A program made the position numbers and the translations under genes. From an uncultured Gemmatimonadaceae bacterium (lineage in GTDB: Bacteria > Gemmatimonadota > Gemmatimonadetes > Gemmatimonadales > Gemmatimonadaceae), in contig CAVUDW010000002.1 in NCBI GenBank assembly GCA_963740355.1, positions 2,208,001 to 2,272,000 on the forward strand: DNA of 64,000 nt. The letters run 5' to 3'. Under the pieces are notes generated by a model that did not search any database, was not told the origin of the DNA, and was given only the letters and a program-made list of their open reading frames with translations. Positions 1 to 12,233 of the stretch are shown here, piece after piece (the first letter of the stretch is position 1; every line of letters starts with the position of its first letter).

Positions 1-5
1 GCGGC

Positions 6-2288
6 ATGCCGACCGCATCCTGGATCCTCCTTGCAATCATCGTTGGCTCAGCCAGCGGCGCGGCGGGTTCGTCACTGGCCGCGGCGCTCGCCACGTTGGC
101 AACTGCCGGTATCTGTTTCCGATTGCGCGGTCACGGTGCGCTGGCGGCCGGCGCTGCCGCACTGTTCGCGATCGGTGCGGCGGCTCGTGCAACCGCCGCT
201 CGCTGGCACGAGAGCTTCTGCCGTGCGGAAATCGTTCGCGCAGGCGACGTCGAGCTGGTCACGGAGTTCGACGTCGGCTCAGGTGACGGTGCGCCAGCGC
301 TCTTGCGATTGCCACGAACGGCGCTGGCTCGCCGGGAACAGTGCGAGGCCACCGGATATGTGCGTGCGCGAACACCATTGACCGGCGGTCGCTGGTATCG
401 CACCCGCACGCAGGCGAAACCGGGGGAACGGGGACCACAACTGCTCGTACGCCAAGCCTCTCCACTCGGCGAATCGTCGCTGCGTCCTGCGCTCCGCGCG
501 GCAGGTGTGCGACGTGTGGACTCGGTGTTTCTCGCAGACGCGCCGATGGCCCGCGCATTGCTCCTGGCTGACATGCATCAAATCGACACGGCGCTCAGAC
601 AACGGTGGGCCAGAGCCGGACTCGTACACCTGCTCTCCGTGTCGGGCGTGCACGTCGCGATCATCGCCTCCGCACTCCTGCTCGTCGGTAGCGCAGCCCG
701 GCTGTCACAGCGGCAGGCAACACTCGGCGCCCTCCTCGTGACGGCGATCTACGTGCTGATACTCGGCCTGCCACCACCTGCCGTTCGCGCGGGCATCATG
801 TTCGCATGCGCCCTGATTGCGCGGATGCGACAGCGACCGGCGTCCGAATGGTCCGTCCTCACGCTCGGTGCCTTGCTGCCTGTACTCGTTGATCCCGCAG
901 CACCGCTCGACCTCGGCTGGCAACTGTCTGTACTCGGCGTCGTGGCGCTCGCGGCCAGCGGGAGACTCACTCGGCGGCTGCACTGGCAAGGCGGAGGGTG
1001 GCGCGGCGGGCTCCGACGCGAGTTGGTGGCCAGCACCGTCGCGAGCACCGCCTCGGCACCGCTCATTGCATGGTTCTTCGGCACCGTCAGCCTGATCGCG
1101 CCAGCCGCCAACCTCATCGCGGCACCACTGGTGACCGTCCTGCAGCCGACGCTGTTCCTGGCCCTCGTCTGTTCGCCGGTTCTACCGCTGGCGCGCTTCG
1201 TCGCTGGCGCGGCACATCCCGTGCTCGCACTGCTCGATCGAATCGCCGCCGAAGCTGCGCGCCCCGCGTGGGCGGCGCGCGATCTGTCACCAACGCTCGA
1301 GCAGGGCGTGTTGAGCGGCATCGTCGTGCTGGCATTGCTGGTCGCAATGGTCGTGCGTGATCCCGCGCAAGCGTTGCTCGTGGCTGCGCTCAGCGGAACG
1401 CTGCTGGTGTGGCATGGCCTGCTGCCTTCACGGGGCAGTGGCTACCTGGAGTTGCACATGCTCGATGTCGGTCAGGGCGATGCGCTCGCGCTGCGCACGC
1501 CACACGGTCGCTGGATCGTGATCGATGCTGGCGGCGGTGCGCCAGGGATCGATCACGGCCGACGCACCGTGCTGCCACACATCCGTCGGCTCGGTGGCAC
1601 AGTCGAGGCGTTCATTCTTTCACATCCACATCTCGACCACGTCGGTGGCGCCCCCGCCGTCATCGGCGCGGTACGTCCCACTCAGTATTTTGACGGTGCA
1701 TTCGCCGGCGCTACGCAGGCGTACCGTGCGTCGCTCGACAGTGCCGCCGTTCGCGCCGTGCGCTGGCAACGCGTGCGACCAGGTGATACAACACGAATCG
1801 ATGGCGTGCTGCTGCGGTTTCTGGCGCCCGACTCCACCTGGACCGCGCATCTCGATGACGCCAATCTCGCCAGCACCGTCGTGCGAATCGAATACGGCGC
1901 CGTTCGCATGCTGTTCGTAGGTGACGCCGAGCGTCCGGAAGAGGACTGGCTGCTCCAGCATACGCCCGTTGACCGGTTACGGGCCGATGTACTGAAAGTG
2001 GGCCATCATGGCAGCCGCACGAGCTCCGGGGGCGCGTTTCTCGACGCCGTGGCGCCGCGACTCGCACTCATATCAGTCGGACGGGGTAACAGTTACGGGC
2101 ATCCGTCGCCGGAAGTCCTCGATGAGTTCTCGCGACGTCGGATTCCGGTCTTGCGGACCGATGTGGTGGGTACGACTGTCGTGGTTACCGACGGTGTCAC
2201 GCTTTCCGTCCGCACCGCCGCTCGCCAATGGAGTCTGCCGTCGCCACCGTCCGCACCTGGTTCACCACCCGCATCGTCGCGCCCCTGA
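6..2288 (+). CDS. comEC: DNA internalization competence protein ComEC/Rec2
   Basis: Competence domain motifs [13 protein letters not shown] and GWQLS; many TM segments; C-terminal metallo-beta-lactamase domain (LDVGQGD, SHPHLDH, KVGHHGS, NSYGHP). Confidence 0.93.
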   Translation: MPTASWILLAIIVGSASGAAGSSLAAALATLATAGICFRLRGHGALAAGAAALFAIGAAARATAARWHESFCRAEIVRAGDVELVTEFDVGSGDGAPALLRLPRTALARREQCEATGYVRARTPLTGGRWYRTRTQAKPGERGPQLLVRQASPLGESSLRPALRAAGVRRVDSVFLADAPMARALLLADMHQIDTALRQRWARAGLVHLLSVSGVHVAIIASALLLVGSAARLSQRQATLGALLVTAIYVLILGLPPPAVRAGIMFACALIARMRQRPASEWSVLTLGALLPVLVDPAAPLDLGWQLSVLGVVALAASGRLTRRLHWQGGGWRGGLRRELVASTVASTASAPLIAWFFGTVSLIAPAANLIAAPLVTVLQPTLFLALVCSPVLPLARFVAGAAHPVLALLDRIAAEAARPAWAARDLSPTLEQGVLSGIVVLALLVAMVVRDPAQALLVAALSGTLLVWHGLLPSRGSGYLELHMLDVGQGDALALRTPHGRWIVIDAGGGAPGIDHGRRTVLPHIRRLGGTVEAFILSHPHLDHVGGAPAVIGAVRPTQYFDGAFAGATQAYRASLDSAAVRAVRWQRVRPGDTTRIDGVLLRFLAPDSTWTAHLDDANLASTVVRIEYGAVRMLFVGDAERPEEDWLLQHTPVDRLRADVLKVGHHGSRTSSGGAFLDAVAPRLALISVGRGNSYGHPSPEVLDEFSRRRIPVLRTDVVGTTVVVTDGVTLSVRTAARQWSLPSPPSAPGSPPASSRP

Positions 2289-2668
2289 TCGGGTCACCCG
2301 CGACGCTGCCGGAGACGCTCGCGACGCAATGGCCAGAATTGGCCTCCGTCCGGTGGCGTCGCGGCGGCCTGCCGCTGCGCATCGGTGGATGGTGTCTGCG
2401 CCGGTCGACGGTCGACGGCATTACCCTCTGGCGCACGGTTTTCCTCGCGCACGGTGTGGCGTGGGAGCCAGCACTGCTCTTGCACGAGCATCGACACGTG
2501 GAGCAGTTTGCTGGGTCAATGGCGTTCCCCTTTTTGTACCTGTGGGAATCGCTCACGCGCGGGTATACGCGCAACCGCTTCGAGGCGGATGCCAATGCCT
2601 GGGCTGCGCAGCGATTCGCACGGCCGCAATGCCGCACCAATCCAACCACCATTCCTCCGGGCGCGTGA
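2228..2668 (+). CDS. Small HExxH zinc-peptidase-like protein (DUF4157-like)
   Basis: GITLWRTVF...[11 protein letters not shown]...NRFEADA pattern; fills the comEC-fbp gap; overlaps the comEC end by 61 nt. Confidence 0.65.
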   Translation: MESAVATVRTWFTTRIVAPLIGSPATLPETLATQWPELASVRWRRGGLPLRIGGWCLRRSTVDGITLWRTVFLAHGVAWEPALLLHEHRHVEQFAGSMAFPFLYLWESLTRGYTRNRFEADANAWAAQRFARPQCRTNPTTIPPGA

Positions 2669-2670
2669 AC

Positions 2671-3689
2671 GTGGTCAACCACACCCCCGTTTCTGTCGTT
2701 ACCATCGAACGGTTCATCATCGAGCAGGAACGCCTCTACCCTGAGGCAAGCGGTGAACTCTCGGGCATCCTCTATGACATCGCGCTGGCAGCGAAGATGA
2801 TCTCGAACAAGGTCCGCATGGCGGGCCTCGTCGACATCCTCGGCGCCACGGACAACGAGAATGTCCAAGGTGAGACACAGCAGAAGCTCGACGTGCTCTC
2901 GAATGACATCATGATCAAGGCGATGGATCATGGCGGCCGGCTGTGTGCGATGGCCTCCGAGGAGGAGCCTGACATCATCCCCATCCCGGATCGATTCCGG
3001 ACCGGGAAGTACTGCCTGATGTTCGACCCACTCGATGGGTCGTCGAACATCGACGTCAACGTGCCCGTCGGGACGATTTTCTCCGTGGTGCGCAAGATCA
3101 CCAACGGTCGCCAGGGTGAACTGGAAGACTTCCTGCAACCCGGGCGCCGGCAGGTGGCGGCAGGCTACATCATCTATGGATCGAGCACGATGATGGTGTA
3201 CAGCACGGGGCAGGGCGTGCACGGCTTCACGCTCGACCCGTCGATCGGTGAGTTCCTGCTCTCGCATCCGAACATCCGGACGCCGCATCGCGGCAAGTTC
3301 CTCTCCGTCAACGATTCCTACGAACAGTTCTGGGACGAGCAGGTGAAGGCGCTCATGCGCCGCTATCGCGGGCTCGATGGCGTGCAGCAGGCACACAGCG
3401 TGCGCTACGTCGGCTCGCTGGTCGCAGACTTCCATCGCAACCTGCTGGCAGGCGGTGTGTTCGTGTATCCCGCCAACACCATGTCACCGCGTGGCAAGCT
3501 GCGGTTGCTGTACGAGGCCAATCCGCTCGCCTTCATCTGTGAACAGGCTGGCGGCGCGGGCTCTGACGGGCGCATTCGCATCCTTGACGTCCAGCCCACC
3601 GAGTTGCATCAGCGCACGCCGCTGTATCTCGGCAGCAAGGGTGATGTCGATACCGCGATCGAGATGCTGGCCCCCGTGGGAGCCACGTT

Positions 3690-3693
<4 letters not shown>
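2671..3693 (+). CDS. fbp: Class 1 fructose-1,6-bisphosphatase
   Basis: [45 protein letters not shown]; start GTG 2671 (or 2665) inside the long ORF 2008..3693. Confidence 0.95.
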
Positions 3694-5300
<1,607 letters not shown>

Positions 5301-5373
5301 AGGGGGGCCGGCGGAAGCGCAGGCGTCGGTCCGGGTCGTGAGCGATTCCGCGGCTGAACCCCCTTTTTCGCCG

Positions 5374-5402
5374 TTGAATGCCCGGTCCGGCCCGGCTAAC
5401 TT
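5374..5402 (+). promoter_or_regulatory. Putative sigma70 promoter for FmdB-like/argS
   Basis: TTGAAT-N17-TAACTT. Confidence 0.5.
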
Positions 5403-5435
5403 ATAAGGCTGTTGTCTCTTCCAAGTGTCGGAGCC

Positions 5436-5804
5436 ATGCCCACTTACGAGTTCCGTCTCCCAGACGGCACGATCATCGAGCGGTCTTTCAAGATCTCCGA
5501 TGTCCCTGATGAAATCCCCAATCCCAACGGTGAGGGGACAGCCGTCCGCATCATCAGCGGCGGCGCAGGCCTGCTCTTCAAGGGATCCGGGTTCTACCTG
5601 ACCGACTACGGCCGGAATGCGCACCGCACGCAGGGTGACGCGCCGAAGCCTTCCACCAGCGCCGCCAGCACGTCCGACTCCGCCGGCAAAGGCAAGTCGG
5701 AGTCGTCGGGGGCCGCGTCATCGTCGTCTTCATCGGAGGCGAAGCCCGCAGCTGCTCCGAAGTCTGACACCAAGTCGTCGGGCAGCGGATCGGCCGACTC
5801 GTGA
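5436..5804 (+). CDS. FmdB-family regulatory protein (cysteine-free variant)
   Basis: MPTYEF start and FKGSGFYLTDY motif followed by a Ser/Ala/Lys low-complexity tail; GGAG upstream. Confidence 0.75.
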   Translation: MPTYEFRLPDGTIIERSFKISDVPDEIPNPNGEGTAVRIISGGAGLLFKGSGFYLTDYGRNAHRTQGDAPKPSTSAASTSDSAGKGKSESSGAASSSSSSEAKPAAAPKSDTKSSGSGSADS

Positions 5805-7453
5805 GCTCGCCCGACACACTGCGGGTCGAGATCAGCCGGGCTGCCGTGAGCCTCGGTGCGCCGGCCGACTTCACCGCCGTTGTCGAGCGTCCGCGCGATC
5901 CCAGTTTCGGCGAGTGGTCGACGAATGCGGCGATGACGCTGGCCAAGGTCCTCAAGCAATCGCCGCGCGATGTCGCTGCCGCACTCATCGCTGCGATGCA
6001 GCTCGATGCGGTGGGGATCAGTGCGGCCGAGATTGCGGGCCCGGGCTTCATCAATTTCCGGATCGATACTGGCGCACTGACGCGTGTGCTCCCCGAGATC
6101 CTGGACAAGGCCTATGCGTATGGCCGCAGCAATACCGGCGCCAACGCCCCGGTGGTCGTCGAATTCGTTTCCGCCAATCCGACCGGGCCGCTGCACGTCG
6201 GCCACGGCCGGCAGGCTGCACTCGGTGATGCGATCAGCACGCTGCTCGAGTGGACGGGCTGGAATGTCAGCCGCGAGTTCTACTACAACGACGGCGGCGG
6301 GCAGATCAACAACCTGCAGAAGAGCGTTCAGCTTCGCGCGCAGGAGCAGGCGGGCATCGAGATCACGTTTCCCGAGAATGGCTATCACGGTGAGTACATC
6401 CGTGAAATTGCAGCTGACTATCGCACGCTGCATCTCTCCGATGCGGGTGTCACCGACACCGACGCGATTCGTCGCTTCGCGGTGGCCGCGTTGCGCGCCG
6501 AGCAGGATCTCGACCTGAAGGCCTTTGGCGTCGAGTTCGACACCTACTTCCTCGAGAGCTCGCTCTACACCGACGGCAAGGTCGACAAGACTGTGACGGC
6601 GTTGATCGCGAGCGGCTACACCTACGAGAAGGACGGCGCACTCTGGCTGCGGACGACCGACTTCGGTGACGATCAGGACCGCGTCATGAAGCGCTCCGCA
6701 GAGAAGGGCGGGGAGTACACCTATTTCGTGCCGGACGTGGCGTACCACGTCACGAAGTGGGAGCGGGGATTCACGCGCGCCATCAACGTGCAGGGCTCCG
6801 ACCATCACTCCACCGTCACTCGCGTGCGCGCCGGACTCCAGGCGCTCGGCATCGGGATCCCGAAGGGATATCCCGACTACGTGCTGCACCAGATGGTGCT
6901 GGTGATGCGCGGTGGTGAGGAAGTGAAGATCTCGAAGCGGGCGGGGAGCTACGTCACCGTGCGCGACCTGATCGAGGAAGTCGGTCGCGATGCGGTGCGG
7001 TATTTCTTCGTGATGCGAAAGGGCGACTCACAGCTCGTGTTCGATGTCGACCTCGCCCGGTCGCAGTCGGAGGAAAACCCGATCTACTACATCCAGATGG
7101 CGCACGCGCGACTCTGCGGCATCTTCCGCGTCGGTGAGATCGATCGTGCTGGGATCACCGGCGCCGACGTCGATCTCTCCGTGCTGGTGGAGCCGGAAGA
7201 GCGCGAGCTCATCAAGGCGCTGGCTGATTTCCCGTCGATGGTGGCCGGTGCGGCCGCCGCGCTCGAGCCGCACCGCCTCGCGAACTGGCTGGAGCGGACG
7301 GCAGGGCTCGTGCACACCTGGTACCACAAGCATCATGTGCTCAACGAGCCGCCGGCGATCATGCAGGCCCGTCTCGTGCTCGCAAACGCCACGCGGGTCG
7401 TGCTTGCCAATGCACTGGCAGTGCTCGGCCTCTCGGCGCCAGAACGCATGTAG
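5801..7453 (+). CDS. argS: Arginine--tRNA ligase
   Basis: AGPGFINF, VEFVSANPTGPLHVGH (HIGH), KISKRAG, YYIQMAHAR, C-terminal APERM. Confidence 0.96.
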   Translation: MSSPDTLRVEISRAAVSLGAPADFTAVVERPRDPSFGEWSTNAAMTLAKVLKQSPRDVAAALIAAMQLDAVGISAAEIAGPGFINFRIDTGALTRVLPEILDKAYAYGRSNTGANAPVVVEFVSANPTGPLHVGHGRQAALGDAISTLLEWTGWNVSREFYYNDGGGQINNLQKSVQLRAQEQAGIEITFPENGYHGEYIREIAADYRTLHLSDAGVTDTDAIRRFAVAALRAEQDLDLKAFGVEFDTYFLESSLYTDGKVDKTVTALIASGYTYEKDGALWLRTTDFGDDQDRVMKRSAEKGGEYTYFVPDVAYHVTKWERGFTRAINVQGSDHHSTVTRVRAGLQALGIGIPKGYPDYVLHQMVLVMRGGEEVKISKRAGSYVTVRDLIEEVGRDAVRYFFVMRKGDSQLVFDVDLARSQSEENPIYYIQMAHARLCGIFRVGEIDRAGITGADVDLSVLVEPEERELIKALADFPSMVAGAAAALEPHRLANWLERTAGLVHTWYHKHHVLNEPPAIMQARLVLANATRVVLANALAVLGLSAPERM

Positions 7454-7495
7454 TGCTCCGGCACACCCCCTCCATTTCCCGATACTCCCTCCGCA

Positions 7496-8413
7496 ATGTC
7501 CGTCCTCGTCGTCGGTTCCGTCGCGCTCGATTCCGTGGAGACTCCCTTCGGCAAGGCTGAAGAGGTCCTCGGTGGCTCGGCGAACATGTTCGCGTCGGCC
7601 GCCTGTCACTTTGCGCCGGTGCGCATGGTTGGCGTCATCGGCACCGACTACCCCATGGAGAAGCTCGAGCCGCTGAAGGCGAAGGGCGTCGACATGAGCG
7701 GCGTGGAAGTCGCCGAGGGCGAGAGTTTCCGCTGGCGCGCGCGGTATCGGCACGATCTCAATTCCGCCGAGACACTCGAGACGCGACTGGGCGTGTTTTC
7801 GCATTTTCGCCCGAAGATCCCCGCTGATTTCGTCGAGTCGCCGTTCGTCTTCCTCGGCAACATCGATCCGCGTCTGCAGCTCGATGTGCTCAACCAGGTG
7901 AAGCGTCCGCGGTTGGTCGGCTGCGACACGATGAACTTCTGGATCGAGAGCCGCCGTCCCGACCTCATCGAACTGCTGAAGCATGTCGACCTGATCACGA
8001 TCAACGACGCCGAGGCGCGCCAGCTCACCGAGGAGGCGAACCTCGTCAAGGCGGCGCGCTGGATCATGGCGCGCGGCCCGAAGCATGTCGTGATCAAGAA
8101 AGGTGAACACGGCGCGTTCTTGTTCTCCGGCACCACCGTGTTCTTCGCGCCCGCCTATCCGCTGGAGTCAGTCTTCGATCCGACCGGCGCAGGCGATTCG
8201 TTTGCTGGCGGCTTCATGGGCTGGCTCGCGGCCACCGGTGACCTCAGCGAAGCCAACATGCGAAAGGCCGTCGTCTATGGCTCTGCAATGGGTTCGTTCG
8301 CCGTCGAAAAGTTCTCGAACGAGCGCACGATCGAGTTGACGCGTCCGGAGATCGAGGCACGCGTCCGCGAGTTCCACCGTCTGGTCGCGTTCGAGGCGCC
8401 GATGTCCACGTGA
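7496..8413 (+). CDS. PfkB-family carbohydrate/nucleoside kinase
   Basis: VGSVALD, LGGSA, DTMNFWI, DPTGAGDSFAGG. Confidence 0.9.
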   Translation: MSVLVVGSVALDSVETPFGKAEEVLGGSANMFASAACHFAPVRMVGVIGTDYPMEKLEPLKAKGVDMSGVEVAEGESFRWRARYRHDLNSAETLETRLGVFSHFRPKIPADFVESPFVFLGNIDPRLQLDVLNQVKRPRLVGCDTMNFWIESRRPDLIELLKHVDLITINDAEARQLTEEANLVKAARWIMARGPKHVVIKKGEHGAFLFSGTTVFFAPAYPLESVFDPTGAGDSFAGGFMGWLAATGDLSEANMRKAVVYGSAMGSFAVEKFSNERTIELTRPEIEARVREFHRLVAFEAPMST

Positions 8414-9450
8414 GCACGCCACTCGACTATCGCAGCGCGGGCGTCGACCTCGAAAAGGCGGACGACGCAAAGGGTCGCATCAAGGCGCTCGTGGAATCGA
8501 CGCTGACCGCAGGCGCACGCGGCAGCTTCGGTGGTTTTGGCGGCATGTTCCGCATTCCTTCCGGCTTTCGCGCCCCGGTCTTGGTCTCCAGCGCGGATGG
8601 CGTCGGCACCAAGCTGAAGGTCGCGATCGAGGCCGAGGTGCACGACACCGTCGGTCGGGACCTCGTGAACCACTGCGTCAATGACATCCTCGTGATGGGT
8701 GCGGTGCCGCTTTACTTCCTCGATTACGTCGCATTCGGCAAGCTCGATCCGATCGTCGCCGAGGGAATCGTGGCCGGCGTTGCGCACGGCTGCCGCGAAA
8801 ACGCCTGCGCACTGCTTGGCGGTGAGACCGCTGAGATGCCCGGTGTCTACACCCCACCTGACTACGATCTGGCCGGCTTCATCACCGGGATCATGGAAGA
8901 GGATGCGGTGCTCGGGGCTGGTCGTGTGAAGGATGGCGACACCCTGGTCGCGCTGGCCAGCGCCGGCCTCCACACCAACGGCTATTCGCTGGCGCGGAAG
9001 ATCGTGGCCGAAGCGATGGGGCTGGGTGTCCATGATCCCTTCCCGGGTGAAAATGGCCAGACCGTGGCGCAGGTGCTGCTCCGCCCGCACGTGACGTACC
9101 TGCCCGCCCTCCGACCAGTGCTCCAGATCGTGCACGGCATGGCCCACATCACCGGCGGCGGCTTGCCGGGCAATGTGAACCGCATGTTGCCCCCCGACCT
9201 CGACGCGGTGATCGACCCCCAGTCGTGGGCGGTGCCGAACGTGTACGTCCAGCTGCAGGCGGCGGCGCAGGTGGGCGTCCGGGAAATGTTTCGTACCTTC
9301 AACATGGGCGTCGGTATGGTGATCGCCTGCGCCCCTCAGGACGTTGCCACGGTGCAGGCAGCCGCGGCGGCGTCCGACACTCCGTCGTGGATCCTTGGTG
9401 CCATCCGTCCCGGTACGGGGTCGGTGCAACTCCTTACACACGACTCGTGA
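8410..9450 (+). CDS. purM: Phosphoribosylformylglycinamidine cyclo-ligase
   Basis: YRSAGVD, DGVGTKL, GGETAEMPG, GLHTNGYSL, HITGGG, TFNMGVGM. Confidence 0.96.
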   Translation: MSTPLDYRSAGVDLEKADDAKGRIKALVESTLTAGARGSFGGFGGMFRIPSGFRAPVLVSSADGVGTKLKVAIEAEVHDTVGRDLVNHCVNDILVMGAVPLYFLDYVAFGKLDPIVAEGIVAGVAHGCRENACALLGGETAEMPGVYTPPDYDLAGFITGIMEEDAVLGAGRVKDGDTLVALASAGLHTNGYSLARKIVAEAMGLGVHDPFPGENGQTVAQVLLRPHVTYLPALRPVLQIVHGMAHITGGGLPGNVNRMLPPDLDAVIDPQSWAVPNVYVQLQAAAQVGVREMFRTFNMGVGMVIACAPQDVATVQAAAAASDTPSWILGAIRPGTGSVQLLTHDS

Positions 9451-9452
9451 TC

Positions 9453-10448
9453 ATGACCGCTCGTACCCTGGCAGTTGCCGCGCTTTGCGCCGGTGCCCTC
9501 TCGTTGCCGCTCTCGGCGCAGTCCGCACAGTGCTTGTCCCAAGCGGTCGCGCTCCGCGACGCCTGCCAGAAGGGAACGGACATTTTCGAAATGTTGGCGC
9601 CGCAGGTGCAGGGTGCGCTGGCTGGCGGTGGACCGGTCCTCGGGTCTTCACGCGCAGTGCGCGGCATCTCGATCGGTTTGCGTGTCAATGCAGTCGATGG
9701 TCGCGTGCCGGACCTCGGCAATGTGACGCTGTCGTCCAGTGGCATCGTGCAGAGCACGATCGCCACCAAGAAGGTGCCGGTCCCGGCGCCGACGCTGGAT
9801 GTGGCACTGGGCGTCTTCCCAGGCATCAACGTCGGCCTGCAGCGCCTCTTCGCAATCGACGCACTGGTCAACGTGGCGTACATCCCAAACCGCGACATCG
9901 AGGACTTCTCCGTCAAGACGACGGGCGGCTCGTTCAAGCTCGGCTACGGTGCACGCGTCGGCATCCTCGCCGATCGACTGTTCGTGCCTGCCGTTGCGGT
10001 GAGCTATTTCCGTCGCACGCTGCCGACCACCAGCTTCAGCACCAGCTTCTCGTCCGCCAACGCGGGCATCACGACCAGCGACAGTCTCTCGCTCACCGGG
10101 TTGAGCGTGCGCAATGATGCGCTGCGCCTCGCCATTTCGAAGAAGATGGGATTCATCGAGATCGGCGGTGGCGTTGGGCAGGACAAGTACCGCACGTTCA
10201 CGTCCTTGACCGCCAGTGTGTCGCCGACGATCGGCCTGCCGCAGAAGGGATCGTTCGCACTGACGCAGGAGATCAAGCGCAACGCCGCCTACGGTTCCCT
10301 TGCGCTGAACATCTTCAAGCTGCGCATCGGTGCAGAAGCGGGTGCCACGTTCGGCGGCGACAGCCTCTCGACGTACAACACCTTCACCGATGGCAAGTTG
10401 AACGAGCGGCGCCTGTTTGGCTCGGTCGGGCTCCGGTTGAGCTTCTGA
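9453..10448 (+). CDS. Secreted, probable outer-membrane beta-barrel hypothetical protein
   Basis: Signal peptide (..LSAQ), alternating amphipathic strands, ends GSVGLRLSF (terminal Phe). Confidence 0.7.
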   Translation: MTARTLAVAALCAGALSLPLSAQSAQCLSQAVALRDACQKGTDIFEMLAPQVQGALAGGGPVLGSSRAVRGISIGLRVNAVDGRVPDLGNVTLSSSGIVQSTIATKKVPVPAPTLDVALGVFPGINVGLQRLFAIDALVNVAYIPNRDIEDFSVKTTGGSFKLGYGARVGILADRLFVPAVAVSYFRRTLPTTSFSTSFSSANAGITTSDSLSLTGLSVRNDALRLAISKKMGFIEIGGGVGQDKYRTFTSLTASVSPTIGLPQKGSFALTQEIKRNAAYGSLALNIFKLRIGAEAGATFGGDSLSTYNTFTDGKLNERRLFGSVGLRLSF

Positions 10449-10469
10449 TCGCATGAGGACAGCGCCGCG

Positions 10470-11570
10470 GTGAGCGACCGCTCCACCGACCGCCGCTACA
10501 TGCGGCGCGCGCTGGCTCTGGCGCTCCGCGGCCGTGGGACGACGGCGCCGAACCCGATGGTCGGCGCCGTCGTCGTTCGTGATGGAGTCGTGGTCGGCGA
10601 AGGCTTCACGCAGCCGTTCGGCGGGCCGCACGCCGAAGTGCAGGCATTGCGTGCAGCGGGCGATCGAGCCGGTGGCGCCACGCTCTACGCGACCCTCGAG
10701 CCCTGTTCGAATTTTGGCAAGACGCCGCCGTGTGTCGACGCGATACTCGCCGCTGGGATAAGCCGAGTGGTCTACGCCGCGACCGATCCCAACCCGGCTA
10801 TGCGCGGAGGGGCGGAGCGATTGCGTGCGGCGGGGCTCGAGGTGGTCGGCAGTGTCGAGGCGCAGGCGGCGTTCGACCAGAACCCCGCCTTTTTTCACCG
10901 GTTTGCGAGTGATCGCCCGTTTCTGACCCTCAAGCTGGCGCTCTCGCTGGATGGGGCGATGGCGGATGCGCGCCGCGGGCCGTCCTGGCTCACGGGTGCG
11001 CTGTCGCGCAGGGAAGTGCACCGGCAACGGGGTGACCACGATGCCGTGGCGGTTGGCGTCGGCACGGTCATCGCGGATGATCCGCAGCTCACGGTGCGCG
11101 GTGTCGCCGCTCCCCGAATCGCGCCGGTGCGGGTCGTCTTCGACCGCCATGGGCGGATTCCGCTCGACAGTCGGCTCGTCCGGACGGCGCGGGAAACGCC
11201 GGTCACCGTGGTCACCGCTGGCGGCGACGAGGCGCGCGCCGCCCTGCTGCTGACAGCGGGGGTCGCCGTGGTGCACGGAGCCTCGCTCAGCGACCAGCTG
11301 CAGGCCCTGCGTCGTGCCGGCATCGGCTCGATCTACTGTGAGGGAGGCCCGACTCTGGCGGACGCCCTCCTGGCTGATGGGCTGGTGGACCGGCTGGTTA
11401 TCTTTACCGCCCCGGTCCGATTGGGCGCTGATGCCGTGCGTCCCCTCCAGGCCGGCGCCCCCGTGCTCGTCGAGCAGGCCGCGCGTCATCGCCTCGTGGC
11501 GCATCGCCGGTTCGGGGACGACCTCATGGCCATCTACGACCTGACTCACAGTGTTCACCGGACTCGTTGA
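10470..11570 (+). CDS. ribD: Riboflavin biosynthesis deaminase/reductase
   Basis: PNPMVGAV, HAE, TLEPC..KTPPC, KLALSLDG, DDPQLT, EGGP. Confidence 0.95.
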   Translation: MSDRSTDRRYMRRALALALRGRGTTAPNPMVGAVVVRDGVVVGEGFTQPFGGPHAEVQALRAAGDRAGGATLYATLEPCSNFGKTPPCVDAILAAGISRVVYAATDPNPAMRGGAERLRAAGLEVVGSVEAQAAFDQNPAFFHRFASDRPFLTLKLALSLDGAMADARRGPSWLTGALSRREVHRQRGDHDAVAVGVGTVIADDPQLTVRGVAAPRIAPVRVVFDRHGRIPLDSRLVRTARETPVTVVTAGGDEARAALLLTAGVAVVHGASLSDQLQALRRAGIGSIYCEGGPTLADALLADGLVDRLVIFTAPVRLGADAVRPLQAGAPVLVEQAARHRLVAHRRFGDDLMAIYDLTHSVHRTR

Positions 11571-12225
11571 CGACATCGGCGTCATCGAGCAGATCAGCCA
11601 CACGGATGCTGGACGGGAGTTTCGCGTCCGGTGCCGTTATCACGATCTGCTCGATGGCGAAAGCATCGCCCTCGACGGCGCATGCCTCACGGTGCGCGAG
11701 CATGGGGAACACTGGTTCACGGTGGCGGCGGTGGTCACCACACTCGACCGCACCACCATTGGTGCCTGGGCGGTCGGCCGTCGCGTCAATCTCGAGCGCG
11801 CCATGCGTCCCACCGATCGCCTCGGCGGGCACATCGTGCAGGGCCACGTCGACGGTGTTGGTACCATCGAGTCGATCACCAAGCGCGACGATGCGTGGAT
11901 CGTGATCGTGCGCGTGCCCGTCGAGGTCGAGGCGGTGCTCGTGCCCCACGGATCGATCACGATCGACGGCGTAAGCCTCACCGTCAACGACTTGCCCGGC
12001 CCCGGGCTGCTGGGACTCTCGCTGATCGAGTACACCTGGCATCACACGACCTTTTCGGATCGTGCGGTCGGCGATGGCGTGCACGTCGAGGCTGACGTGA
12101 TCGGCAAGTTCGTGCAGCGACTGCTGCAACCGTATCTCCCTGCACTGGCGTCGGATGCCGGTGCGGTTCCTTCACCGCAAGTACTCGGCGCAGCCCTCGG
12201 GCTGTTCCGCAGCCTTGGTTCATAG
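11551..12225 (+). CDS. ribE: Riboflavin synthase
   Basis: MFTG start, GESIALDGACLTV, VNLERA, GGHIVQGHVD. Confidence 0.95.
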   Translation: MFTGLVDDIGVIEQISHTDAGREFRVRCRYHDLLDGESIALDGACLTVREHGEHWFTVAAVVTTLDRTTIGAWAVGRRVNLERAMRPTDRLGGHIVQGHVDGVGTIESITKRDDAWIVIVRVPVEVEAVLVPHGSITIDGVSLTVNDLPGPGLLGLSLIEYTWHHTTFSDRAVGDGVHVEADVIGKFVQRLLQPYLPALASDAGAVPSPQVLGAALGLFRSLGS

Positions 12226-12233
12226 AGTTCATC

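Noticed and set aside
2008..2670. Apparent 220-aa N-terminal extension of Fbp
   Set aside because: Overlaps comEC and the HExxH ORF; Arg-rich nonsense; Fbp similarity starts near 2671
10449..10469. Possible FMN riboswitch before the rib operon
   Set aside because: Only 21 nt of intergenic space; no RFN motif
9648..11603. 651-aa minus-strand ORF; similar long antisense ORFs at 12042..13649, 23077..24927 and 61611..63326
   Set aside because: Shadows of well-supported plus-strand genes; high-GC codon bias removes antisense stops and the translations have no recognisable motifs
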